A DNA stretch of 54,360 bases from Chthoniobacterales bacterium (lineage in GTDB: Bacteria > Verrucomicrobiota > Verrucomicrobiia > Chthoniobacterales > JBKEAD01). The DNA lies in assembly GCA_047971915.1 (NCBI GenBank), contig JBKEAD010000057.1:1-54360 (forward strand). Direction: 5' to 3'. The translations under genes and the position numbers were made by a program. Positions 34,722 to 42,382 of this stretch are shown one piece after another. Below the pieces are notes generated by a model that did not search any database, was not told the origin of the DNA, and was given only the letters and a program-made list of their open reading frames with translations. Every line of letters begins with the position of its first letter. Position 1 is the stretch's first letter.

Positions 34722-34952
34722 AGGAGGATTTACCCTTCTGTTTTTGTTATAAATTTGCCCATAAATTTAAGAACACCCGGTGGGCTAGCCGAGGTCTGTC
34801 ATTAAGCCGCGCATTGTGCGAAGCCACTGAAATGAGGTCAACCATGAAAGCGATCTCTCTATGGACTCAAAGATTTGGGATGTACCCGTTTGGGACACAA
34901 TTTTTTTAAAAAAAGCTGCAACTTTTTTCCTGGAACTGTTGTTTATTTCCCT

Positions 34953-36023
34953 ATGATAAATCGAAGTCGTATTTTCTGGGGTATTGGAGCTGTCATCGCT
35001 GTTTTTTTTCTCCTGCGTTTTGTTTTTTCCGGTTCAGGCATCAGCGTGAATTATGAAAAGGTGCCTTTGCAAACGGTTTTGCAGCAGCTTTCAAAAAAAC
35101 TCGATGTGCCACTCGAAAGCAATTTGCCGCCGGATACCCCGGTTACCCTACATCTCAAAAATATCAGCAAGGCCGATTTAATCGACACTTTGGCAGTTCG
35201 TTTGGATGCGAGCTGGCAGCTCGCTTACGTAATGGCTCCAGAAAAATCGCAAATTGATGCCTTGTTTACGGCCTATCGTGAAAAGCAAAATTTAGAAAAA
35301 GGCTGGCTTAGTTTTGGTGGAAATAATCGGGGTGGACAATTTCTCACGACAGAAATTAGCGATCCTCAACTTGATGAATGGACGGTTGAGAAAGTCGAAA
35401 CAGGTGATTTACCGGGGTATCTAAACCAAGGTTCTCAAAAAACACGGGCACTTTTTGCCATCGCTCCCGAGTGGACACCGAGCGTAACCCAAGTTCCAAA
35501 ATCTGATGTGGTTGGAAAGGTCGCTGCACAGCTTGCAAAGGCGACGGGCGGAGAAGTGCGAGAGATAATCTTGATTTCAGAGAGAGGCTGGCGCGGAGGG
35601 CAAGGTGACCGCGAAAATACTGATCGCGGCAACCGGCCTCCGCCTTCAGAAGGTCGTGAAAGGCGTCTGCGGGATGCTGTTTTTGCTATGGAGCGCGGCG
35701 AAAGAAACGAAACTTGGGAAAACGAAAAACTCGCACAAATCACACGAGACCTGCCGGCGGCCGAGCGTAAAGAAGTTTTGGAAGAAGCGCAAAATATGCG
35801 CAAAATTTGGAGCGAACTTCGTGAGTTGCCACCGGAGGAACGTCGCAAAAAGATCGAGGAACTCATGCAAGATCCGAAAATGCAGGAGCGGATGGAGGAG
35901 ATGCGTGATCTTCGCGACTCGAAGCGGACTCCAGAGCAGCGCATGGAGCGTAGCAGGAGATATTTAGACCGCAAAATGAAAGCACGAGAAGAAAGCGGAA
36001 GACCGATGAAACGCGATGAATAG
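34953..36023 (+). CDS. hypothetical single-pass membrane protein with an STN-like module and a highly charged C-terminal region
   Basis: The start was moved to the ATG at 34953, giving MINRSRIFWGIGAVIAVFFLLRFVF. The segment VNYEKVPLQTVLQQLSKKLDVPLE...VTLHLKNISKADLIDTLA resembles secretin/TonB short N-terminal domains. The tail has repeated LPxxER/TPEQR motifs. It overlaps the next gene by 8 nt. Confidence 0.5.
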   Translation: MINRSRIFWGIGAVIAVFFLLRFVFSGSGISVNYEKVPLQTVLQQLSKKLDVPLESNLPPDTPVTLHLKNISKADLIDTLAVRLDASWQLAYVMAPEKSQIDALFTAYREKQNLEKGWLSFGGNNRGGQFLTTEISDPQLDEWTVEKVETGDLPGYLNQGSQKTRALFAIAPEWTPSVTQVPKSDVVGKVAAQLAKATGGEVREIILISERGWRGGQGDRENTDRGNRPPPSEGRERRLRDAVFAMERGERNETWENEKLAQITRDLPAAERKEVLEEAQNMRKIWSELRELPPEERRKKIEELMQDPKMQERMEEMRDLRDSKRTPEQRMERSRRYLDRKMKAREESGRPMKRDE

Positions 36024-36546
36024 GGACACCACCGCATTTACCATCGTCGAGTTGATTGCCGTTTTAGCCATTGTGGCAATTCTTTTCACCCTCGCAATTC
36101 CGCAATATTCGCGAATGATGGAGCGATCGCGAAGCACGGCCTGCGCCAGCAATTTGAAACAGATCGGCGAGTGTGTGCTGCGTTATGTCGGCGAGCATGA
36201 TAATGCCTACCCGATCATCGAAACGAATCCGTCATCTCCCATCTATCCTGAGGAGGTCGAGGCAAAGGGGATGCTTGAGACTTTGGAGCCTTATGGACTC
36301 AATAAACAGGCCTTGCGCTGCCCCGCCGACCTCGCCGGGCCCAAATATTTTGATACTTACGGAATAAGTTACGAGTGGAATCCTATCGCAGATGATGAAA
36401 AAGCGGTTGCCCCCATTCTATACTCACGGCGACGCGGAGCAATCACCGTCAGCCCCAAACGGCTTCGTATTGTCACCGATTTTGGAAATGTCCACAACGG
36501 GCGTAGAAACCGCCTCTATGCCGACGGGCATATTCGGAAATTTTAG
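36016..36546 (+). CDS. prepilin-type N-terminal cleavage/methylation domain protein, H-X9-DG family pseudopilin
   Basis: 176 aa. It has AFTIVELIAVLAIVAILFTLAIP and the C-terminal H-X9-DG motif VHNGRRNRLYADGH. Confidence 0.8.
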   Translation: MNRDTTAFTIVELIAVLAIVAILFTLAIPQYSRMMERSRSTACASNLKQIGECVLRYVGEHDNAYPIIETNPSSPIYPEEVEAKGMLETLEPYGLNKQALRCPADLAGPKYFDTYGISYEWNPIADDEKAVAPILYSRRRGAITVSPKRLRIVTDFGNVHNGRRNRLYADGHIRKF

Positions 36547-36567
36547 GGGTCGCTTGCGTTTATAGCA

Positions 36568-37680
36568 TCAAGTTCCGAGCAACATGCGTGCGGGATTTTC
36601 CAGACAATCTTTTACGCGGATGAGGAAGGTGACGGCTTCTTTGCCATCGACAACGCGGTGATCGTAGCTGAGAGCTAAATACATCATAGGACGGATTTCG
36701 ATTTTGCCATCGATGACCATCGGACGCTCCTGAATTTTGTGCATTCCCAAGATGCCGCTTTGTGGTGGGTTTAGGATTGGCGTGCTCATTAGCGAACCGT
36801 AAATGCCTCCATTGGAAATCGTAAAAACGCCTCCCTGTAAGTCTTCTAAACCGATTTTGCCATCACGGGCTTTGCCGGCATAGTTGACTAAGTCTTGTTC
36901 AATTTCGGCAAAGTTTTTGGAATCGCAATCGCGTAAGACCGGCACAATCAGACCGCGTTCCGTTCCCACAGCCACGCCGATATCGTAGTAGTGATTTGTG
37001 ACGAGATAGTCTCCCTCCATACGCGAGTTAATCGAGGGGATTCGGTGCAGAGCGTCCACCACGGCTTTTACAAAAAAGGACATAAAGCCGAGTTTGATGC
37101 CATTTTTCTTTTGAAATTCAGGCTGCATTTCTTTGCGGATGCGCATGATTTCGCTCATGTCACATTCGTTAAAAGTCGTCAGAATCGCCGCAGAGTGTTG
37201 TGCGGCCACGAGTTGGGTGGCGATTTTGCGGCGCAGCGGCGAGAGTTTTTTTCGGGTCGTGCGTGGATCGTCCGGTCCGGCCATGATGCTTTTTTGCGGG
37301 GCAGGTTCCGGAGTGGGTTCCGGTGCTGTCTCCACTTTTTTGGGGGGAGCTTCCTTTTTGACTTCCGGTTTGGCAGCGGCTTTGGTGCTGGGTTTTTCTT
37401 TATCGGAGTCTTTATCTTTTTTAGGAGCGTCTTCTTTTTTGGCGGCACCTTCAGTGATTTTTGCAACCACTTCACCGACTTTAACTTCTTCGCCTTCGGG
37501 GACGAGGATGGATAGCACGCCATTTTCCAGTGCGGTGACCTCTGTAGAAACTTTGTCGGTTTCGAGAGTGAATAAAATATCGCCGCTAGCGACTTGCTCG
37601 CCGTCGTTTTTGTGCCAGACAGATAATACGCCGGAGGTAACGGATTCGCCGACGGATGGGACTTTTACTTCGTTGCTCAT
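36568..37680 (-). CDS. sucB: 2-oxoglutarate dehydrogenase E2, dihydrolipoyllysine-residue succinyltransferase
   Basis: 370 aa. It has a lipoyl domain ([10 protein letters not shown]), a Pro/Ala/Lys linker, and a catalytic domain with [13 protein letters not shown]. Confidence 0.9.
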   Translation of the reverse strand: MSNEVKVPSVGESVTSGVLSVWHKNDGEQVASGDILFTLETDKVSTEVTALENGVLSILVPEGEEVKVGEVVAKITEGAAKKEDAPKKDKDSDKEKPSTKAAAKPEVKKEAPPKKVETAPEPTPEPAPQKSIMAGPDDPRTTRKKLSPLRRKIATQLVAAQHSAAILTTFNECDMSEIMRIRKEMQPEFQKKNGIKLGFMSFFVKAVVDALHRIPSINSRMEGDYLVTNHYYDIGVAVGTERGLIVPVLRDCDSKNFAEIEQDLVNYAGKARDGKIGLEDLQGGVFTISNGGIYGSLMSTPILNPPQSGILGMHKIQERPMVIDGKIEIRPMMYLALSYDHRVVDGKEAVTFLIRVKDCLENPARMLLGT

Positions 37681-37686
37681 AAGACT

Positions 37687-40548
37687 TTAGGACTTGGTAG
37701 TTTTTGCTGTGGAGGCTTTGCTTTTAGATGCGGGTTTTGCTGTCGTTTTGCTTTTAGCGGCAGACTTTTTTGCCGAAGCCAGCGTGCAGGCAGCTGTGAG
37801 AAGTGCCTCTTGCTGTTCGTTGTGAACGCGCAGACTCCCCGCAGCCGTGCTCGCGCTTGCGGGACGCCCTGCATAAATAATTTCTCGATTAAAAATACGT
37901 GCCAAGTAGGGTTGTAAAAAGCTCCAGGCCCCCATGTTTTGTGGCTCTTCTTGGCACCAGACGATTTCGGCAGATTTGGGCCAACTTGCTGCCAGCTCTT
38001 TCAGGCGTTCTTCGTGCAGCGGGTAGATTTGCTCTATTCGAACGAGGTGGAGTGCGTCTTTTGCTTCTTCAGTGCTGCGACGTTTTACTAGATCGTAATA
38101 AACTTTTCCCGTGCAAAGAATCACGCGGCGGATCGAATCCTTTTTTTTCGGTTCTGGGTCATCTAGGATTTCGGAAAAGACTGAGTGGGTAAAATCTTCC
38201 GTTTGGGAAACACAATCTTCTGAGCGAAGCAGGCTTTTGGGCGTCATCAAAATCAGCGGTTTGCGGTAGTCCCTACGGATTTGACGACGCAACAAATGAA
38301 AATATTGAGCGGGGGTCGAGGGATAACACACCTGCATGTTATCCCCGGCGCAGAGTTGTAAAAAACGCTCCATGCGTGCGCTGGAGTGCTCCGGTCCCTG
38401 GCCTTCGTAGCCGTGGGGCAACAGCAGCGTGATAGAGCTCGGTGTCCGCCATTTCGACTCCGCCGAGGCGATGAATTGATCGATAATAATTTGGGCGCCA
38501 TTTGCAAAATCACCAAACTGCCCTTCCCATAAACAAAGCATCGATGGAAAGTCTTGTGAGTATCCGTAGTCAAAACCCAAAACGGCATATTCCGAAAGTG
38601 GACTATTATAGACGCAGAAGCGTGCCTGGTCTTTGGAGAGATCGTTGAGTGGAATATAGCTCTCACGTGTTTGCTCGTCGTGGAGCACGGAATGTCTCTG
38701 GCTAAAAGTTCCTCGGCGGCTGTCTTGGCCGGAAAGGCGCACCGGAGAGCCGTCTAGCAAGATCGATCCGAAAGCCAGTGCTTCGGCAAAACCCCAGTCG
38801 TAGGGCCCCCCGTCTTTCCAAATTTTTAAGCGGCGATCCAAGAGCATGCGCTTTATTTTTGGAAGTGGACGGAAGCCTTTAGGCGTCGTGGTGAGCGATT
38901 TTACGATCTTTTCAAGCGTCCGCGCAGAAATGTCCGTTTTTACAGGTTCAAAACTATAGGGATTTTGAAAGATCGCCGTCGATCCGGCAAAGGGCGATGC
39001 TGTCTTGTGTGCTTTTTCACGTTCTTCGGTTTGTTTTTTAGCCTCCGCCAAAGCATCTTCGAGTTCCTTCATGGACTCGTCTTTGATTTCCTCGGCGAGC
39101 TTCGAGTTTACCGTTCCCAATTCCGAACAGCGACGTTCGAAAATCTCGCTCAAGCGCGGGTGCGATTTGATTTGTTTATAAAGGTCGGGCTGAGTGAATG
39201 CTGGCTCGTCTCCCTCATTGTGACCGTGGCGACGATAGCAATAAATATCCACCACCACATCGCGCCCGAATTGTTGACGATACTCCAGAGCCAATTTTGC
39301 ACAACGCACCACGGCTGCCGGATCTTCACCATTCACGTGCAAGATCGGAGCATCCACCATCTTCGCCATTTCCGTGCAATACGCCGAAGAACGTGCATCC
39401 GTCGGCAAAGTCGTAAATCCGATTTGATTGTTTACGACGAGGTGCACAGTGCCTCCAGTGCGGTATCCGGGAAGCTGTGACATATTAAAAACCTCTGCGA
39501 CAACGCCCTGTCCAATAAAAGCCGCATCGCCATGCACCAATAGCGGCAAAACTTTTTTCCTTTCTTCCGTATCACCAAGAATACGCTGCCGGGCGCGGGC
39601 CTTCCCCATCACGACCGGATCCACGGCCTCCAAATGGCTTGGATTTGCGGCAAGGCGAATGCCGACCTTATGCCCACTAGGCAAGGTACGCTCGGTTTGG
39701 TAGCCGAGGTGATATTTTACATCGCCATTTCCGCCGACAGGTTCTTCCAGAACATAGCTACCACTAAATTCATTAAAGATGACATCCAGCGGTTTATTTA
39801 AAAAATTCGCTAACACATTGAGACGACCACGGTGGGCCATTCCCATGACGATTTCATCGACCTTAGCCGTATCGCAGTTTTCTAAAATCGCATTCAGCGC
39901 AACTAGCAACGACTCCCCGCCTTCGAGCGAAAAGCGTTTTTGTCCCACATAGCGCGTGTGGAGAAAGGTTTCAAACGTCTCGGCATCATAGATTTTTTTG
40001 AGCAAATCTTTGTGAATTTCGGCATTGCTCGCCGAGTCATCAACTTCGAACTCCAACTGATCGCGAACCCAATTTCGCATGCGCGGATTTTGGATGTGCA
40101 TAAATTCGGCACCAATCGTGCCGCAATAAATCGATTCGAGCTTCACGATCATATCGCGAAGCGGCATCACCTTTCCATCAAAGAAAAAGCGAGAAGAAGC
40201 CGGACGATCCAAATCTTTTTCAGAAAAGCCAAGTTCGGGCAATGTGAGAAGAGGCTGCTTGTTATGTTTCTTTGCAAGAGGATCGAGATCGGCAATGGAG
40301 TGGCCAAGCATTCGATACGCAAAAACCAAACCATCCACCCGTGTGCCCCAAGAGTGATCGGCTCCAGCAAGAGAGGAAGAGCCCGAGTCGTCGCCACCCT
40401 GCGCATCCTCTTGCCGGGCCGCGCCCAACTCAAAACCTTCAAAAAAAGCCGACCATTCATCGCTTACAGACTTAGGATCTTGCTGCCAGCGTTCAAAATT
40501 TTCATCCAAAAGTGCCGCGTTCCAGCGGGCCGTAAAAGTATTGCTCAT
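37687..40548 (-). CDS. sucA: 2-oxoglutarate dehydrogenase E1 component
   Basis: 953 aa. It has the typical OGDH N-terminus (FLDENFERWQQDP...) and TPP-binding regions (HGDAAFIGQGVV and GHNEGDEP). It lies 6 nt upstream of sucB and carries an extra Lys/Ala/Ser/Thr-rich C-terminal tail. Confidence 0.95.
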   Translation of the reverse strand: MSNTFTARWNAALLDENFERWQQDPKSVSDEWSAFFEGFELGAARQEDAQGGDDSGSSSLAGADHSWGTRVDGLVFAYRMLGHSIADLDPLAKKHNKQPLLTLPELGFSEKDLDRPASSRFFFDGKVMPLRDMIVKLESIYCGTIGAEFMHIQNPRMRNWVRDQLEFEVDDSASNAEIHKDLLKKIYDAETFETFLHTRYVGQKRFSLEGGESLLVALNAILENCDTAKVDEIVMGMAHRGRLNVLANFLNKPLDVIFNEFSGSYVLEEPVGGNGDVKYHLGYQTERTLPSGHKVGIRLAANPSHLEAVDPVVMGKARARQRILGDTEERKKVLPLLVHGDAAFIGQGVVAEVFNMSQLPGYRTGGTVHLVVNNQIGFTTLPTDARSSAYCTEMAKMVDAPILHVNGEDPAAVVRCAKLALEYRQQFGRDVVVDIYCYRRHGHNEGDEPAFTQPDLYKQIKSHPRLSEIFERRCSELGTVNSKLAEEIKDESMKELEDALAEAKKQTEEREKAHKTASPFAGSTAIFQNPYSFEPVKTDISARTLEKIVKSLTTTPKGFRPLPKIKRMLLDRRLKIWKDGGPYDWGFAEALAFGSILLDGSPVRLSGQDSRRGTFSQRHSVLHDEQTRESYIPLNDLSKDQARFCVYNSPLSEYAVLGFDYGYSQDFPSMLCLWEGQFGDFANGAQIIIDQFIASAESKWRTPSSITLLLPHGYEGQGPEHSSARMERFLQLCAGDNMQVCYPSTPAQYFHLLRRQIRRDYRKPLILMTPKSLLRSEDCVSQTEDFTHSVFSEILDDPEPKKKDSIRRVILCTGKVYYDLVKRRSTEEAKDALHLVRIEQIYPLHEERLKELAASWPKSAEIVWCQEEPQNMGAWSFLQPYLARIFNREIIYAGRPASASTAAGSLRVHNEQQEALLTAACTLASAKKSAAKSKTTAKPASKSKASTAKTTKS

Positions 40549-40765
40549 GAATCAAGGGTTCTAATCAAAGAAACGTGATCGAATCTTGTTAAGACTGCAA
40601 GAGTGCATTTCAATAAGTCGCCACGAAATCAGGCGTTTGGTTAAAAAAGCAGAAATAAAATGATAAAATTACTGTGATGAATGTTTTTAGGGCACCTCTG
40701 GAAGCCCCATTCCCTTGCGTAATTTAAGTTCCCTCCTTACTTTTTGCCCGGGCCTATGCGCGAAA

Positions 40766-42382
40766 TTAACTTTTAATTCCAACAGACATAGTTAGCGAAT
40801 GCTCTTCACTATGCAGATAACCATAGCGCAGTGCTCGCAAAATAAAGCGATACTCCCCAGCCGCGAGCCAGATCGGCTTTCTATAAATTTGCCAGATGGG
40901 CGAATCCGATCTGCGAAACCCTATCGTCGCTCCCTCCGTCGCGCAAGCGAGCTGCAAAAGTGCCGGTGCCTCCGTCTCACAAACCTCTCCGGCTAAAAAA
41001 CCTGCCGGATTTTTTTCATTATAGACAATCGCTAGCGGTGCTGCCGTAATCGCTTGCTCACCATCCGGCCAAAGCCGACCGCGCATCTGTTCCTCACCGA
41101 AAGCGCAGTCCGGGTCATATTTTTGCTGCCAGTCATCCAGAGCTTCGCTCAATTCTTTTTTAATTGCGCCACACTCAGGATTTGCAATCAGATTACTCAA
41201 TTCAAAGGGATCCGTCTCCAGATCAAACAACTCCTCCGGCGGACAGGGCAAATCAAATTCCTCTACACCCTTCAGTTGCTCCAAACGAATCGCCTGCATC
41301 GCAGCATGAACGCCCCGGTAAGGAATAAAGCCAAACCGCTCCCGCCCGGGATAATAATTTCGGATATACTTAAACCGCGCCGAACGCACCGAGCGGCTTT
41401 TATCATACTCCCCATCCAAACGATCTCGATGCCCAAAAACATAAGCTCTCTCCGAATCCGACAAAAAAGATTTCCCGGCAAAATGCAGCGGAACCGGCAA
41501 GCCAGCCACCTGAAATACCGTGGGTGCCAGATCAATCAGACTAACCAAACGCCTGTCCACTTCCCCCGCTGCAACGTGCCCCGGCCAACGCACAATCAAC
41601 GGCACCTGCGTGCCGGAGTCATACAAAAATCGCTTCGCTCGCGGCAGCCCCTCGCCGTGGTCCGCCCATAGCATAACGAGTGTATTTTCCGCCAGCCCGT
41701 CTTCCTCAAGTTGCGCCAAAAGCTTACCAACAATGGCATCATTGTGCGCGATATTATCGTATTGCCGAGCGATTATTTCCCGCACCGCCGCTGTATCCGG
41801 CAGATAAGGCGGCACCTCCACATCGCACGGGCCCGTCCGCTCGGGTGGACACAACCCCGCTTCAAACCCCGGCTCCTGCCCCGGCCACATGCGACGCTCG
41901 TGCGTATCCTCAAGATTAAAAACGGCAAAAAATGGCTGCTCCGAATCGGGACGATTTCGCCAATGTATCGCGTCAACGGTATCCGGCTTTCCATTTTCGT
42001 CCCAAGCTGCGAACGGTGCCTCAAACTGGTAATCCGTCTTACCGTTATTTGTGCAGTAGTAACCCGCAACTCGCAAATCCTCCGTAAAACACTTCACATA
42101 CGGTGGTGGAACCGCGTGGTAGGGTGTCGGCAAATCCGGAAATTCGTCCGTCTCATAGGTCGTGCGCATATGCTGCGCCGCCATCGCCGTCGCGTGATAG
42201 CCCGTAATCACCGCAGTCCGGCTCGGCGAGCAAACCGGTGCCGTGCAAAAGGTATTTGGAAAACACGTCCCCGCCGCCGCCAAACGGTCTATATTCGGAG
42301 TCCGGGCGACTTTATCTCCGTAGCATCCAAAACGAGGCGAGCAATCCTCCAGCGAAATCCATAAAATATTCGGACGTTTCAT
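40766..42382 (-). CDS. formylglycine-dependent sulfatase (arylsulfatase family), no signal peptide
   Basis: 538 aa. It has the CSPSRTAVITG (CxPxR) motif and a WADHGE-type metal site. An in-frame stop lies immediately upstream of the ATG, so no N-terminal extension is possible. Confidence 0.9.
   Translation of the reverse strand: MKRPNILWISLEDCSPRFGCYGDKVARTPNIDRLAAAGTCFPNTFCTAPVCSPSRTAVITGYHATAMAAQHMRTTYETDEFPDLPTPYHAVPPPYVKCFTEDLRVAGYYCTNNGKTDYQFEAPFAAWDENGKPDTVDAIHWRNRPDSEQPFFAVFNLEDTHERRMWPGQEPGFEAGLCPPERTGPCDVEVPPYLPDTAAVREIIARQYDNIAHNDAIVGKLLAQLEEDGLAENTLVMLWADHGEGLPRAKRFLYDSGTQVPLIVRWPGHVAAGEVDRRLVSLIDLAPTVFQVAGLPVPLHFAGKSFLSDSERAYVFGHRDRLDGEYDKSRSVRSARFKYIRNYYPGRERFGFIPYRGVHAAMQAIRLEQLKGVEEFDLPCPPEELFDLETDPFELSNLIANPECGAIKKELSEALDDWQQKYDPDCAFGEEQMRGRLWPDGEQAITAAPLAIVYNEKNPAGFLAGEVCETEAPALLQLACATEGATIGFRRSDSPIWQIYRKPIWLAAGEYRFILRALRYGYLHSEEHSLTMSVGIKS

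Noticed and set aside
33369-34952. tRNA-Glu flanks considered as the attachment site of an integrated mobile element.
   Set aside because: I found no integrase or recombinase, no phage or conjugation genes, and no direct repeat of the tRNA 3' half by eye. Only the TA pair hints at past mobility.
35435-36037. A 200-aa Arg/Ser-rich minus-strand ORF and 35605..35967 (+).
   Set aside because: They mirror the Glu/Arg-rich repeat tail of the 34953..36023 gene. The composition is typical of an antisense artefact.
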